Shown piece by piece: positions 52,121 to 64,000 of a stretch of DNA of 64,000 nucleotides. Position 1 is the stretch's first letter. Each line of letters opens with the position of its first letter. The stretch is from Mustelus asterias (Eukaryota), in assembly GCF_964213995.1 (NCBI RefSeq), contig NC_135801.1, positions 90,334,001 to 90,398,000 on the forward strand, written 5' to 3'. A model generated the notes under the pieces. That model did no database searches and was not told the DNA's origin. It saw nothing but the letters and a program-made list of their open reading frames with translations. The position numbers and the translations under genes were made by a program.

Positions 52121-54323
52121 GTAAGTGTATGTAACCGTATATTTTTAATGGCGTTCCTTTCCTATTATATCTTATTTTTAACATGACTAAACATCATTAA
52201 TATTAAGTCTTTCATTTATATTAATTTGAAAACAAACCTTTCAAACAATCTTCGAAATTAAAGGTTGGTGATATATTCCATAAACTGAGGTGCATGAATT
52301 ATGGGGTAATATGAAATATCTTCATAAATCATCCATCCTTGAATTAGTTTTAATATTTCAACATAAAATTGCATATGTCTGAAAGAAACTCTTTCAGAGA
52401 TTGAAATATTCTTCTTATAGTGCAATGGATACATCCTTGCTTTATTAATTCATAATTTAGTGGCTGGGATAAGTTTGTGAACATTTTGAATTATTTTCCA
52501 TTATGGATGCAGTTATTAAGTTGCACACATTTTCAAAAACTATAACTGTTTAATAATGCAGATCTCAATTTAAAAATATAATTTTAATTTTAAAATGATT
52601 CAGCAAATGATGACTGTATTATCTATTCAAGAAATATTTTAGGATTTCTAAATAATACTGAAAATTATTCACATGCAATGTATTCCCAAAGTGGCTGCTA
52701 TTGTGAAGGCAATTCTATCTCATGATAGCTTGTGGAAAAAATTCACGTGCTTTTCAGATTACACTTTGACATGCTTTATTGCAGATTACACAATGCCTGC
52801 CAGTTTATATAGTGAGGGTCCTGTAGTTACAACATTCCATATGGTACTAAATAGGATATCTGTGCAATTATTACACAAGGCTCTGTAAGTAGTTAGGTTG
52901 AATGTCATTATTTGGTTGGGGCTCTGTGGTGACATATTCAATGAAATGATGATTTAAAAGTACTTGTCTGAAATATTTATATATAAAGACATTTTTTTTA
53001 AAGTCAGGAACTGTGCTCCACTCAGCCTTAAATAGTTATATCACTGTTCCCTTATTGATGCTGGGTCAACATGGGACAGCACCTCCAGGGCAAGGACTAC
53101 AGCGCTTCAAAGTTAAGGCCCACTACCACTTTCACAGGGCAACTAGGGGTGAGAAATTAAAGTGAGCTTGTCAGTGTTGCCGGATCTTAAGAACAAAAAA
53201 AAGCATTTTAAAGATTTTTAAATATTCTTTAAGGTTGCATACTAGGTCTCAGGAACAAATGAGAATTCCCTTTGATCACTCCACATTGCTTCACTATAAA
53301 TGGAAGAGGAGGATCAGAAAGATCACTCCAGCGACCCCAGGCTGACTAGGCACTATAGGTAGTCTCATCCCTGCCAGTTGGGACACTTGACTCCCTTTCC
53401 ATGGATCCCCATGGGATGATTTCACTAAGATCTTTTGACAATATTTCAGAAGGCTGTATCTCCCTCTCCCTCCCACATCTATGCTGATTAACAGGTAGTT
53501 ATTGATATAATTTAAACTCATGCCCACATCTGCTTAACACTGTGTATTATACTTAAGTACAACTAGGTAGAAGCAAATGTTTTCAACTCGTAGCATAGTA
53601 AACAGTTGCTGAATCTGCTCACCCTTAACTTAGCAAAGAGAACAACAGTTGATCTTCAATCGCCCTTTCTTTCCTTAAGGCATCAACATACAGTAACTTC
53701 ATTGCAGTGTTAATGTAAGCCTACTTGTGACACAAATAAATAAACTTAAACAACATGCTGGTCTTAGTACCAAAGATGCTGCTCATCCTGTCATATAATT
53801 TCTAATGTGCAAGCCTAGTTAGTAGATTATTCAACTTTGCAGGCAACATAGCCAAGCTGAGTAATCATATACCCCCATGCACACCTCAATAAGGGGTTGC
53901 TAGATAATGGAAAGATGCAAGAGCACCGACTGAATTTATAACCTTCATCCATGATGTGCTGAGACCCTTGCAGCACACCTAACACCTATCCAATTTAAGA
54001 TGATCTAAATCAGCATTTTGAATCTGTGATATGCCTGATCTTATGTCGCTCAGCTATCCATTGACTTTAAGCAGCCCAGCTATTAGCAGAGCCAAACAAA
54101 AGTTTTAAATGAGTACACTGCAAATCATATGATTAGAATAATAGATTAGTGCATTATTAAAGCAGTATCAGCTAAGTATGATTGCAATTTTTAACACTTC
54201 ACTTCAACTAATTTTATTGGATCATTTTCATATTATACATAATTTCCAGAGAGATACAGATATTCTATGTCAGTCAAATCTTTGTGAATTCTATGTTCCA
54301 TTTACACTGGTTTCTCTTTGCAG

Positions 54324-54589
54324 GTCTATGTGGACTATTTGCAATTGTTTGCTTTATTGCTGCTGTGAAGCTTCATGAGCATACAGAACGAATTGCCAAT
54401 TTTCGTGAACGTGTTTTTAAATTCATTATCCTTCAGGAATACTTTGACACCTCCTTCTGGCTGTGTGTGGCAAGTGCTGTTGTACACATAGCAAACATTT
54501 TAGTGGTCGGCATTAGTGGAGTGCGTTTCCCAACATTAAAGACCAAAACAGAGGAAGCTAATGTCACACCTGAAGACCTAATGTATTAG
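54324..54589 (+). CDS. CLRN2: CLRN2 exon 3
   Basis: 266 nt; ...LHEHTERIANFRE...SFWLCV...NVTPEDLMY*. Total 699 nt = 232 aa + stop. Confidence 0.97.
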
Positions 54590-55058
54590 TAAACAAATCT
54601 TATAGTTATAATACAGGAGCACATTGTTGGAAATCTTACCAAGATTAAACAGCTTCTGGGAGTCATATGGATTTTGCTCACTATGGGACAAAGAACTTTT
54701 AAATAATATAAAAATTGTGATATATTTCAAAATTGAAAGCAAGCATTTTGTTACTGAAGTATAGTGTTTTCAACAGGGTTATATATTGCTACTGTATAAG
54801 AGTTTAAAAGTTAAATGCTTATTTTCTTTAAATCACATTCAGTTAGTATTCCAATAATTTATTTGCTAGAATGTATATTTTTAAGTCTTTCTTTTCATAT
54901 GATAGTATTGTGTCCTTACTGAAATATATATAATTGAAGACTATGATGTGGAACTTTTAAGGGTCACAAATGAGACATTTGATGTTCAGAATTTTCTGTT
55001 TATGCTCTTGTTAAGTAAAAGATTAGCACAACAATGTTTCAGAACAAAGTCCTAGTTA

Positions 55059-55064
55059 AATAAA
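55059..55064 (+). terminator. Candidate CLRN2 polyadenylation signal
   Basis: AATAAA ~470 nt after the stop codon, followed by a T-rich tract. Confidence 0.45.
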
Positions 55065-55591
55065 GTCTGTGCCATTATGCATTGTTTATTTTTCATTCTA
55101 ACATATCAACACTACCTGGTGTTAGATCAACTTAGCTCTGGGTCAGTTCTATCATTAAACAATTTACATTTGTATTATGTTATTCACTAAGAAAAACTCA
55201 AATTGAATCAATCAAAATACCCTATTATTTTATAACATCCTCAACACAGCTCCTCACTTAAAATGGACCAGAACAACCTCGGTATTCTGCAGAATGGAGT
55301 TACAGGCCGGAATTTTACCGCCCCACTAGCCACGGAATCGGAGCCGGTGAGGGGCGGACAATGGAAATATCTATTGACTTCGGGGGCGGGATTTTACAGT
55401 TTCGGGACAAGCAAGGCCATAAACCCCCCTCCCCCATAATCTCCATAGAGACTATTAATTTTAAAAATGAAATTCAAACTTTCAGTTGATAACTGAAATT
55501 ATGCACGAGAAGTTTTCACGTTTTAAGGCTTTTACTGCAACAAAAAGACTAAAAACACAATTAACTAAACTGTTGTAGACAACTTATGCTT

Positions 55592-56884
55592 TAAAATTTT
55601 TCAAAGTGGGGGTTGCGACCCTCAGGTGGGTTGCGGAATGTTAAAAATGGGTCACCACATAAATTCTCACTGTCCTATAAATTGATCCTATTCAAAAAAA
55701 AGGGATGTTCCGTCATCCTCTTAAAAAAACATGGCATGTTCTTGATCCTGCTAAACAAAATGCGGGATTTTCTGTGATTCCGTTCAAAAATACATGGGAT
55801 GTTCTGTTTATAGTTGTGTGTGTATTTTGTAGAAGGCGATATGACAATGAAGACCTCTCAGATGATAACATAGCCAGCATGAGGACTTTTGACGTAGAGG
55901 AAAAGCTTAGTATCACCTGATTCATTTCAAGTTATGTGTACTTTATGAAAGGAAAAGGTAAGAATTAGGAATGAGATGTATTTTTAAATGTACAGTAAAC
56001 CTTGTTTAGATTGCGACTGCAGCAACAATACTGCAGCAACAATACTGCAGCTTGCCTGGTCAATGGATTCAGCCTGAGTTTCGAATTTCCTGCCATGAAG
56101 GCAGGCTATAACTTCAGAGTTTGATCATTCTCCCTCAGTGTACCCGAACAGGTGCCAGAGTGTGGCGACTAGGGGATTTTCGCAGTAACATCATTGCAGT
56201 GTTAATGTAAGCCTATTTGTGGTTAATAAATAAACATAACTTACCAACTCATTGTTTTTTCCTTGTGTGCATAAAAATATTTTGCTGTTGAATCAAATTC
56301 AAAATGAGATGATGTCTGAAAAACAGGGAAACCACTGGGATTTTTTTAAAATCATGGCTGTGCGAGAGAAAGGATAATCAACACACTAACCACAGACTTC
56401 ATTGGATGCAGCAAAATGTAGTTTTTGATATGACATATCCCACCTACCAGGGAGTTTTATTGATGGGATGATAATAACAGATAGAGATAATTGGTGACTG
56501 CCTTGTTAAGTTTCCACCGAAAAGCAGTATGTTGATTCGGTCAGCTCTGCATTCTGTAAACGAGAAATCTGTCACAAATAAATGGCAGTCAATTTTCTGT
56601 GGATGGCTGATGAACAGTAAATTAGTGTATTGCCTAATTTTGGACATGTATTTTGAATGTACATGTTGACGAGTTTGCAAAATACTGACACCAATCTTCT
56701 TTGTGCCGGAATATGGCCCAATAAATTGGAAAATGGATCTGAAACTGACCCCGGATGTTTAATATACAATATAATGTTTGTGCAAAGTGAAAAGATGTTT
56801 CATTACACATCCACGTGATGTGGGTTGCAAGGCTTGGCCATCTGGTAAAAATGGGTTGCTGAAAAAAAAGTTTGAAAAACACTG
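55592..56884. mobile_element. hAT (Charlie-like) DNA transposon remnant
   Basis: Right end TTTGAAAAACACTG, degenerate left end TTTTTCAAAGTGGGGGTTGCGACCC, subterminal GGGTTGC repeats. Confidence 0.55.
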
Positions 56885-57721
56885 CTTTGAACTACAGAAA
56901 ATAACTTTCCTCTTCTACTTTTAACACAACTGAAAAACCCACTTCATAAGTATACTTTACACTGTCCCTTAAGTAGTCTGGTCCAAAGTTGTTCTTAGCT
57001 CCGAGTGTTTACATCTCTGTCCCTTTCCTTTCCTTCTAGCACAAGCGAGGTGAATCTTCCGACTGCACTTCAAATCAACATGAACTGGATCTTTTCTATC
57101 CTTTTCTTTTCTATCTATTCTTTTCCTGTGAGGTGAACCATAGAAATGCTTGGCCTCCAGCTGCACTCTCTCTCCCAGATCATGAAACACTGCCTGTGCC
57201 TGTGAGTTTCAGGAAAACTTGTAACCCAGTCCCACAAATTGTCTCTCAAAGGCTTTCCCCCTCACAAGTTCACATGGCATTGAGAATTTATGGGTCTTGT
57301 ACCTAGATAGAAATGCTGATTAGCTATCCTTGAGATCCTAACTCTCATTTATCTTGGAAATCAATGGACAGTTTAAAGCGTAATTGGTTACAATCTGACA
57401 TTCTCAACACCTTCCTGGGACTTCTGAGATGAGCAATCTCATGACAGTAAACACAATCATTGTCTTCAAGTGTGAACACTTTACACATTCTTTTAAGCAA
57501 ACAATCCGGACCTTCCTTTAGTCTTTAATGCCACATCACCTAGCTCTGTTGTCAGGCAGACTTCAGAACAGGTCACATGACTCTCTTCATTTTACCCTAA
57601 ATTAAAGACGCAGTCTTGAAACATATTCTTATAAATCTCATATCTGTAACAATTGTCAGAATGGAAAGTTAGTCTCACTGAGTATCACAGTGTACTAAGC
57701 TGAATTACTGAGGTCTATTAA

Positions 57722-58200
57722 TAGGAACATAAGAATATGAGCAATATGCCATCAGGCTTCTCGGGTCTGTTCCACAATTCAATAAGGGCTGATCTCATCA
57801 CAGCCTCAATTCCACTTTCCTGCCTATCAGCCCCCCCACCGCCCCCATAACTTTTGACTTCCTTTGTAGATCAAAATTTGTCTATATTCAATGTAGCTAT
57901 TCCAGGTAGCTATTCCACTGCTCTATGGTGTAGAGAATTCCAAAAATAAACAACCTTCTGAGAAAATAAGTGCTCCTAATCTCCTTAAATCTCCTTTATT
58001 CTGAAATTGTGCCCCCTAGTTCTAGATTCCCCCATGAATGGAAACATTTGCTCAGGATCTACCCTGTCAAGCCCCCTCATAATCCTTCATGTATCACTAA
58101 GATCAACTCTCATTCTTCTAAATGCCAATGAATATCGATCCATTCTGCTCAACCTTTTCTCAAAAAAGTAATCCCTTCATCCCAGGAATCAACCTAATAG
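57722..58200 (-). mobile_element. CR1 3' fragment
   Basis: Reverse complement of a CR1 ORF2 end and 3' UTR. Confidence 0.7.
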
Positions 58201-58249
58201 GAGATGAATTTCATTCATTGAGTACCTCATGGGGTAGTTCATTGAAAAC

Positions 58250-59130
58250 AAACATCTCGCCAAGGCTATCCCCACACCCCCACATCTTGCCTTCAAACAA
58301 CTGCATAATCTCAAACAGACCATCGTCCGCAGCAAACTACCCAGCCTTCAGGAGAATAGTGACCACGACACCACACAACCCTGCCACAGCAACCTCTGCA
58401 AGACATGCTGGATCATTGACACAGATGCCATTATCTCACATGAGAACACCATCCACCAGGTGCACAGTACATACACTTGCACCTCGGCCAACGTTGTCTA
58501 CCTGATACGCTGCAGGAAAGGATGTCCCGAGGCTTGTTACATTGGGGAGATCATGCAGACGCTACGACAACTGATGAATGAACACTGCTCGACAATCACC
58601 AGGCAAGAGTGTTCTCTTCCTGTTGGGGGCACTTCAGCGGTCACGGGCATTCGGCCTCTGACCTTTGGGTAAGCGTTCTCCAAGGCGGCCTTCACGACAC
58701 ACAACGCAGAGTCCCTGAGCAGAGACTGATAGCCAAGTTCCGCACATGAGGACGGCCTCAACTGGGATCTTGGGTTCATGTCACACTATCTGTAACCCCC
58801 ACAACTTGCCTTGGCTTGCAAAATCTCACTAACTGTCCTGACTGGAGACAATACACATCTCTTTAACCTGTGCTTAACGCTCTCTCCACTCGCATTGTCT
58901 GTACCTTTCAGGCTTGATTACCTGTAAAGACTCGCATTCCAACCATTATTTTGTAAATGGAGTTAGTGTCTTTATATGCCCTGTTTGTGAACAGAACTCC
59001 CACTTACCTGACGAAGGAGCAGCGCTCCGAAAGCTAATGGCTTTTGCTACCAAATAAACCTGTTGGACTTTAACCTGGTGTTGTGAGACTTCTTACTGTG
59101 TTTATAGTCCAACACCGGCATCTCCACATC
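58250..59130 (+). mobile_element. Penelope-like element 3' portion (GIY-YIG endonuclease remnant plus terminal repeat)
   Basis: TCTSANVVYLIRCRKGCPEACYIGE...LRQLMNEH; hammerhead core CTGACGA...GGAGCagcGCTCC-GAAA at ~59008-59036. Confidence 0.88.
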
Positions 59131-59679
59131 GTAGTTCATTGGGGCAGGGTAACTATGGATTTATTAAACACAACTGGCGGTCCAATGTATTTGAGATCAA
59201 AATAATTCATAGAATCCCTACCGTGCAGAAGGAGGCCATTCGGCCCATCAAGTCTGCACTGACTCTCTGACAGAGCATTTTACTCAGGCCCTATTCCCGT
59301 AACCTATGTACTTATCCCGCTAATCCCCCTAACCTACACATCCTAAGACAATTTAGCATAGCCTATCAACCTAACCTGCAAATCTTTAGACAATTGTTGA
59401 GCTTGAGAGGAGGGAAGATATATTTGGGTTTCTGCAGATTCAATATGTCAAGTGAAACTTTTGGAACAATTCATTGGTAGAATTCATTATTTTGTGTAAT
59501 TTTAGAAAGGAATCATTTAAAGAATAATAAACTTATCGAACTTGCTTCAAAGGATCATGTATTGAAGACATTCATTGTTGAAGGGATCTTATTTCCTATG
59601 GTAACAGTTTGGTCATGGAGCTATTTATAATAAAACTGGATTTATCAAAGGAAGCTGTTGGGATTAGTATTCAACAATT

Positions 59680-60410
59680 AAAGTTTAACTGAGCCAGATA
59701 AATGGCAGAACATTCAGTTTGAGGATAAGAAATTTTGGTGTGAAACTAGTGCCTTAAACTTAAATAAAGGTAACTGCAAGGGAGGTGACTTAATTGGAAT
59801 TGGAAAATAGGTTAAAAGATCAGATGGTAAAGATGGTACCATCTGTGGCTAATTTAGGAAGTTGAAAGAAAAAACGGACTATGCTGCAAACATTAGTGGT
59901 AGGCCAGAAGATTTGGAAATTTTAGAAATAAGCAAAGGATGACTAAAATAAAGAGGAAGAATTTGGAATGAGAGAAAACTAGAAAGAAATGTAGAAATAG
60001 TCAGTAAAAGCTTCTCCAGGTATTTGAAAAGGAAGAGTCACAAGAATGATTCCAGGGATGAGGAATTTCATTTATGTAGATAGATTGGAGGAGTTGAGAC
60101 TGTTTTCCTTGGAGAAGAACATTAAGAGATTCGATATAGGTATTTAAAACCATGAAGGTCTGGACAGATAAGATAGGGAAGCACTTGTCCCATTAGTGGA
60201 AGGAATGAGAATCAGAGGCACAGATTTAAGGTAACTGGCAAAAAATGCAACAGCAACATGAGGAGGAAAAGCTTTCTTATGCAGTAGGTAGTTAAATCTG
60301 GAACGCATGGCCTGAGAGCATGTGGTGAAGGTAGCTTCAATTGAGAAATTCAAGTGCTTACTGGATTCTTATCTGAGAAAGAAGAATGTGCAAGGCTATG
60401 GGGAGATGTG
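59680..60410 (+). mobile_element. Old CR1 fragment
   Basis: Degenerate CR1 ORF2 3' sequence. Confidence 0.6.
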
Positions 60411-60419
60411 ATGAGGCGA

Positions 60420-61050
60420 TGCTGGCGTTGGACTGGGGTGGGCACAGTAAGAAGTCTCACAGCACCAGGTTAAAGTCCAACAGGTTTATTTGGTAGCACA
60501 AGCTTTCAGAGCACTGCTCCTTCATCAGGTGAGTGTAGGATTTGGTTCACAAACAGGACATATATAGACATGAACTCAATTACAAGATAATGGTTGGAAT
60601 GCGGGTCTTAACAGGTAATCAAGTCTTTCCAGGTGCAGACAATGTGAGTGGAGAGAGGGATAATCACAGGTTAAAAAGGTGTGAATTGTCTCCAGCCAGG
60701 ACAGTTAGTGAGATTTTTCAAGCCCAGGCAAGTCGTGGGGGTCACCGATAGTGTGACATGTCAGTCACACTATCGGTAACCCCCACGACTAGTGTGACAT
60801 GTCACTTTAACTATCACAGCTCTTGAAACTGTACTTAACCCTCTCTCCACTCACATTGTCTGTACCTGTAAAGACTTGATTACCTGTTAAGACTCGCATT
60901 CCAACCATTATCTTGTAATTGAGTTCATGTCTATATATGTCCTGTTTGTGAACCAAATCCTACACTCACCTGATGAAGGAGCAGTGCTCCGAAAGCTCGT
61001 GCTATCAAATAAACCTGTTAGACTTTAACCTGGTGTTGTGAGATTTCTTG
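60420..61050. mobile_element. Penelope-derived palindrome (inverted terminal repeats)
   Basis: ~60449-60659 inverted against ~60839-61049; inner hairpin 60732-60790. Confidence 0.88.
60966..61002 (+). ncRNA. Minimal hammerhead ribozyme motif
   Basis: CAC-CTGATGA-a-GGAGC-agt-GCTCC-GAAA-GC-TC-GTG: canonical CUGAUGA/GAAA/UH core. Confidence 0.68.
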
Positions 61051-61052
61051 AG

Positions 61053-61255
61053 TTAAGTTTATTTATTCGTTACAAATAAGGTTTACATTAACACTACAAT
61101 GAAGTTACTGTGAAATTCCCCTAGTTGCCACAGCCCGACACCTGTTCGGATCAGCACCTAACCAGCACGTCTTTTAGAATGTGGGAAGAAACTGGAGCAC
61201 CTGGAGGAAACCCACGCAGACACGGGAAGAACGTGCAAACTCCACACAGACAGCT
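61053..61255 (-). mobile_element. HE1-related SINE, 3' part
   Basis: Same family as 11212-11488; another copy at ~62532-62805. Confidence 0.75.
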
Positions 61256-61399
61256 TACTGGGAGATGTGGCAGTGGCACAATATGAATTGCTCCTTCAGA
61301 GAGAGTCACGCGCACACCTCAGGCCGAATACCCCTCCTGAGCTGTAACCATTTCAGACAGGATACCATGTGCACGCTATCCAGTGACCAGGCAACCTTC

Positions 61400-62010
61400 A
61401 GCATTGAAATCAGTTTACCATCAGAGGTGCTGTCCTAAGCACCAGGCGTTGGAGCTTTGCAGACAGCCCGCCATGGGCGGTGCTGTTTCATGAGCCTTCA
61501 GCATTCTGGTCAATTTCCCCCCCGGGTGGAGCTGTCCAGAGTATCAGGAGCTGCAGCATTGCGGACAGCCCGCCAAATGTGGCGCTGTCCTGGGAGTAGG
61601 CAGCGTACAGCATTGCAGACAGCTCGTCATGGGGAGCGCTGTGGCGGGAGTGAGCCGTTTTCAGCACCGCAGGCAGACGGATGGCCATGAGGGGACGCTG
61701 TTGGGGGAGTTTGCCGTTTGGGCTTCCCGGCGGTGGGTCGGAGTCGGTCAGTTGATGTGAGACATGTCGCTCGGTGTTTGCGGCAAGTCGCCGCTTCGAT
61801 CCATCCTGAGGGCGGGTCTGGCCCGGAATCTACTCCGTTTGTCGCCGCTATCCCGGCCCAGCAGCAGCTCCAAGGTCCAGTTTAACATTGACGGTCACAG
61901 ATATGTGGCTCTGATTTATTATTCATATTCACTGTAATTTGGACATTTCTTTAACTAGTTCAGGATTAAAGGAGCGCGGGTGTATTTCCCTCTGCGCCGT
62001 CAATTGGTGG
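61400..62010 (+). promoter_or_regulatory. CpG island / probable LAP3 promoter
   Basis: Sharp rise in CpG content around a candidate first exon. Confidence 0.65.
61764..61874 (+). CDS. LAP3: Probable leucine aminopeptidase 3 exon 1 (mitochondrial targeting peptide)
   Basis: MSLGVCGKSPLRSILRAGLARNLLRLSPLSRPSSSSK|gt: Arg/Ser/Leu-rich, no acidic residues, ends in K at phase 0 like human exon 1; fits QDPR-CLRN2-LAP3 synteny. The donor (GTCCAG) is weak and no catalytic exon is in the window. Confidence 0.55.
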
Positions 62011-62814
62011 CCATTTCATAGAATAATACGGTACTGAAGGTAGTTATTCGGCCCATCGTGTCTGTACGGAACCTAAAGCTAACATTTTAACACCCTGCTC
62101 TTTTCCTATTAATTTCCCCCTCCATTTATCTTTTGAAAGTTGCAACAACATTCGCTTCCACTCAATCAGTCTGGACCATTCTAGATTGCATAACTTGTCC
62201 AGTAAAGTAAACGTTTCCTCACGTTGCCTCTGATTTTATCAATCACTTTAAATCTGTTTCCTTTGGTTACCAAACCTTCTGCCGTTGGAAACAATTTCTC
62301 CTTATCCAAACTGTTTTTGAACACTTCCATCAAGTATTCTCTTAATCCTTACCTTACCAGGACTCCATGTGACTCCAGACCCACAGCCATGTGGTTGACT
62401 CTTAATAGCCTTCTGAAATGGTGTGGTAAGGAAGGCACTCAGTTCAAGGGCAATTAGGGATGGGCAACAAATGCTGTCTTTACCAGTGTCTTTACATCCC
62501 ATGAAATAATTTTTAAAAAGTGAAGGTGGATAAGTTTATTCATTAGTTACAAGTAGGCTTACATTAACATTGCAATGAAGTTACTGTGAAAATCCCCTAG
62601 ACACCACACACCGGCGCCTGTTCGGCTACATTGAGGGAGAATTTAGCATAGCCAATGCACTGACCAGTATGTCTTTCAGACTGTGGGAGGAAACCCACGC
62701 AGACACGTGGAGAACATTCAGACTCCACACAGACAGTAACCGAAGCCGGAAATTGAACCAGAGTGCCTAGGACTGTGAGGCAGCAGTGTTAACCATTGTG
62801 CCACAGTCCCCAAC

Positions 62815-64000
62815 TTCTCCAGTCTGTCTTCAAAAATGAAGTTTGTTGTCCTTGGTACCATTCCTGTAAATATCTCCTGAATCCTTTCTAAGCTCTTGAC
62901 ATTCTAAAGCCAAGAATTGAACACACTACCTCATCTTAGGCCTAACCAGTGTTTTATAGTGCTATGCCATAACTTGCTTTTGTATTTATTCCTCTATCAG
63001 TAAAACTAGTGATTGATATGCCTTCTCACATTGCCCTGTCACTTTCAAAGGTTTGGGTGTGTCCATCCCTTGCTCTTTCTGTTTCTGACTGCCTCCCTTA
63101 TATAATTACACTATTTAATTCATATTGCTGCTTATTTTTCCTGCCAAAGTGTATCATATCACATGCCCCTGTGTCAAATTTTATCTGTATTTCACCAATC
63201 TGTCCATATACTGAAGCCAGTTGCTATCTTCATTGTTTACTACATTTCTGAGTTTCATGGCACCTGTAAACTTTGAAATTATGCATCTGAATCAGATCAT
63301 TAATATCAAAACAAGAGCTATGTTCATAACATTAATCCCTGGAGAACACAAGTATATTTCCCTCCAGCCTGAAGAATAAATGTTCACCATTATTGTGCTT
63401 TCTGTCCCTTGGTCAACCTTGTATCTATGCTGCTACTGATCCATTAATCCTATGTGCGTGAATTTTGTGAGCAAATCTATGGCATTGGTCAAATATACAT
63501 ATGACAGCAGAGAGCCTGACTTGGAAATATATTGCTGTTCCTTCACTGTCACCGGGTCAAAATCCTGGAACTCCTTCCTGAATAGTGCTACATCACATGC
63601 ATTGCAGCGGTTCAAGAAGTTAGCTCACCATCACCTTCTCAAGAGCAATTAGGGATAGGCAATAAATGCTAGCCAGTGATGCCCACATTAATAAAGTTCA
63701 TGTTACTTTCATTTATAAGCCTGTATAGGAACAGGGGTAGGCAACTTAGCCCTTAAAGCCCATTCTATAATCACGGCTGATATGTGACTCAATTCTAAAT
63801 CTCCTTGCTCCATAATCCCTTAAGTACCTTTGATTAACAAAATTCTGTTAGTCTCAGATTTAAAATTAACTGTTGATGTGGAATCAATTGTTGCTTGTGG
63901 AGTTCCAAACTTCTACCACCCTTTGTGTGTAGAAATGTCTCCTAATTTCACTCCTCAAATGTCTGGCTGTAATTTTAAGGCGTTACCTTCTAGGCTCCCC
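62815..64000. mobile_element. Mixed old CR1 and CR1-group LINE fragments
   Basis: CR1-like minus-strand pieces and a plus-strand LINE 3' UTR at ~63510-63695. Confidence 0.6.

Noticed and set aside
40755-54589. CLRN2 nested inside a QDPR intron
   Set aside because: QDPR exon 1 is at 35881-35973, so the genes are adjacent and divergent.
55833-55958. Exon-like segment after CLRN2
   Set aside because: Lies within the hAT remnant, contains stop codons and has no recognisable homology.

Overview
Vertebrate genomic DNA, not prokaryotic. The HE1/V-type SINEs and the CR1, Rex1 and Penelope repeats point to a cartilaginous fish, probably a shark (inference). It is the conserved QDPR-CLRN2-LAP3 block: a complete 7-exon QDPR (minus strand, 35973 to 15872, 240 aa), a complete 3-exon CLRN2 (plus, 40755-54589, 232 aa) head-to-head with it, and a probable LAP3 first exon in a CpG island near 61.8 kb. 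A second CpG island with a minus-strand splice donor lies at about 0.9-1.5 kb. Most of the remainder is decayed transposable elements, and most short ORFs in the track are noise. Most notable: (1) a ~364-nt retroposed element at 11.83-12.20 kb with U1- and U2-snRNA-like segments, repeated hairpins, an A-tail and a target-site duplication, i.e. a candidate SINEU-type element, a class I know only from crocodilians; (2) a minisatellite filling QDPR intron 2 that is built from the exon-2 splice donor, giving 10 exact decoy donors behind an in-frame stop; (3) Penelope-derived palindromes carrying minimal hammerhead ribozymes; (4) a duplicated 356-bp non-coding block with a CTCF-like core 3' of QDPR. 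Family names come from recalled consensus sequences; no database search was run.
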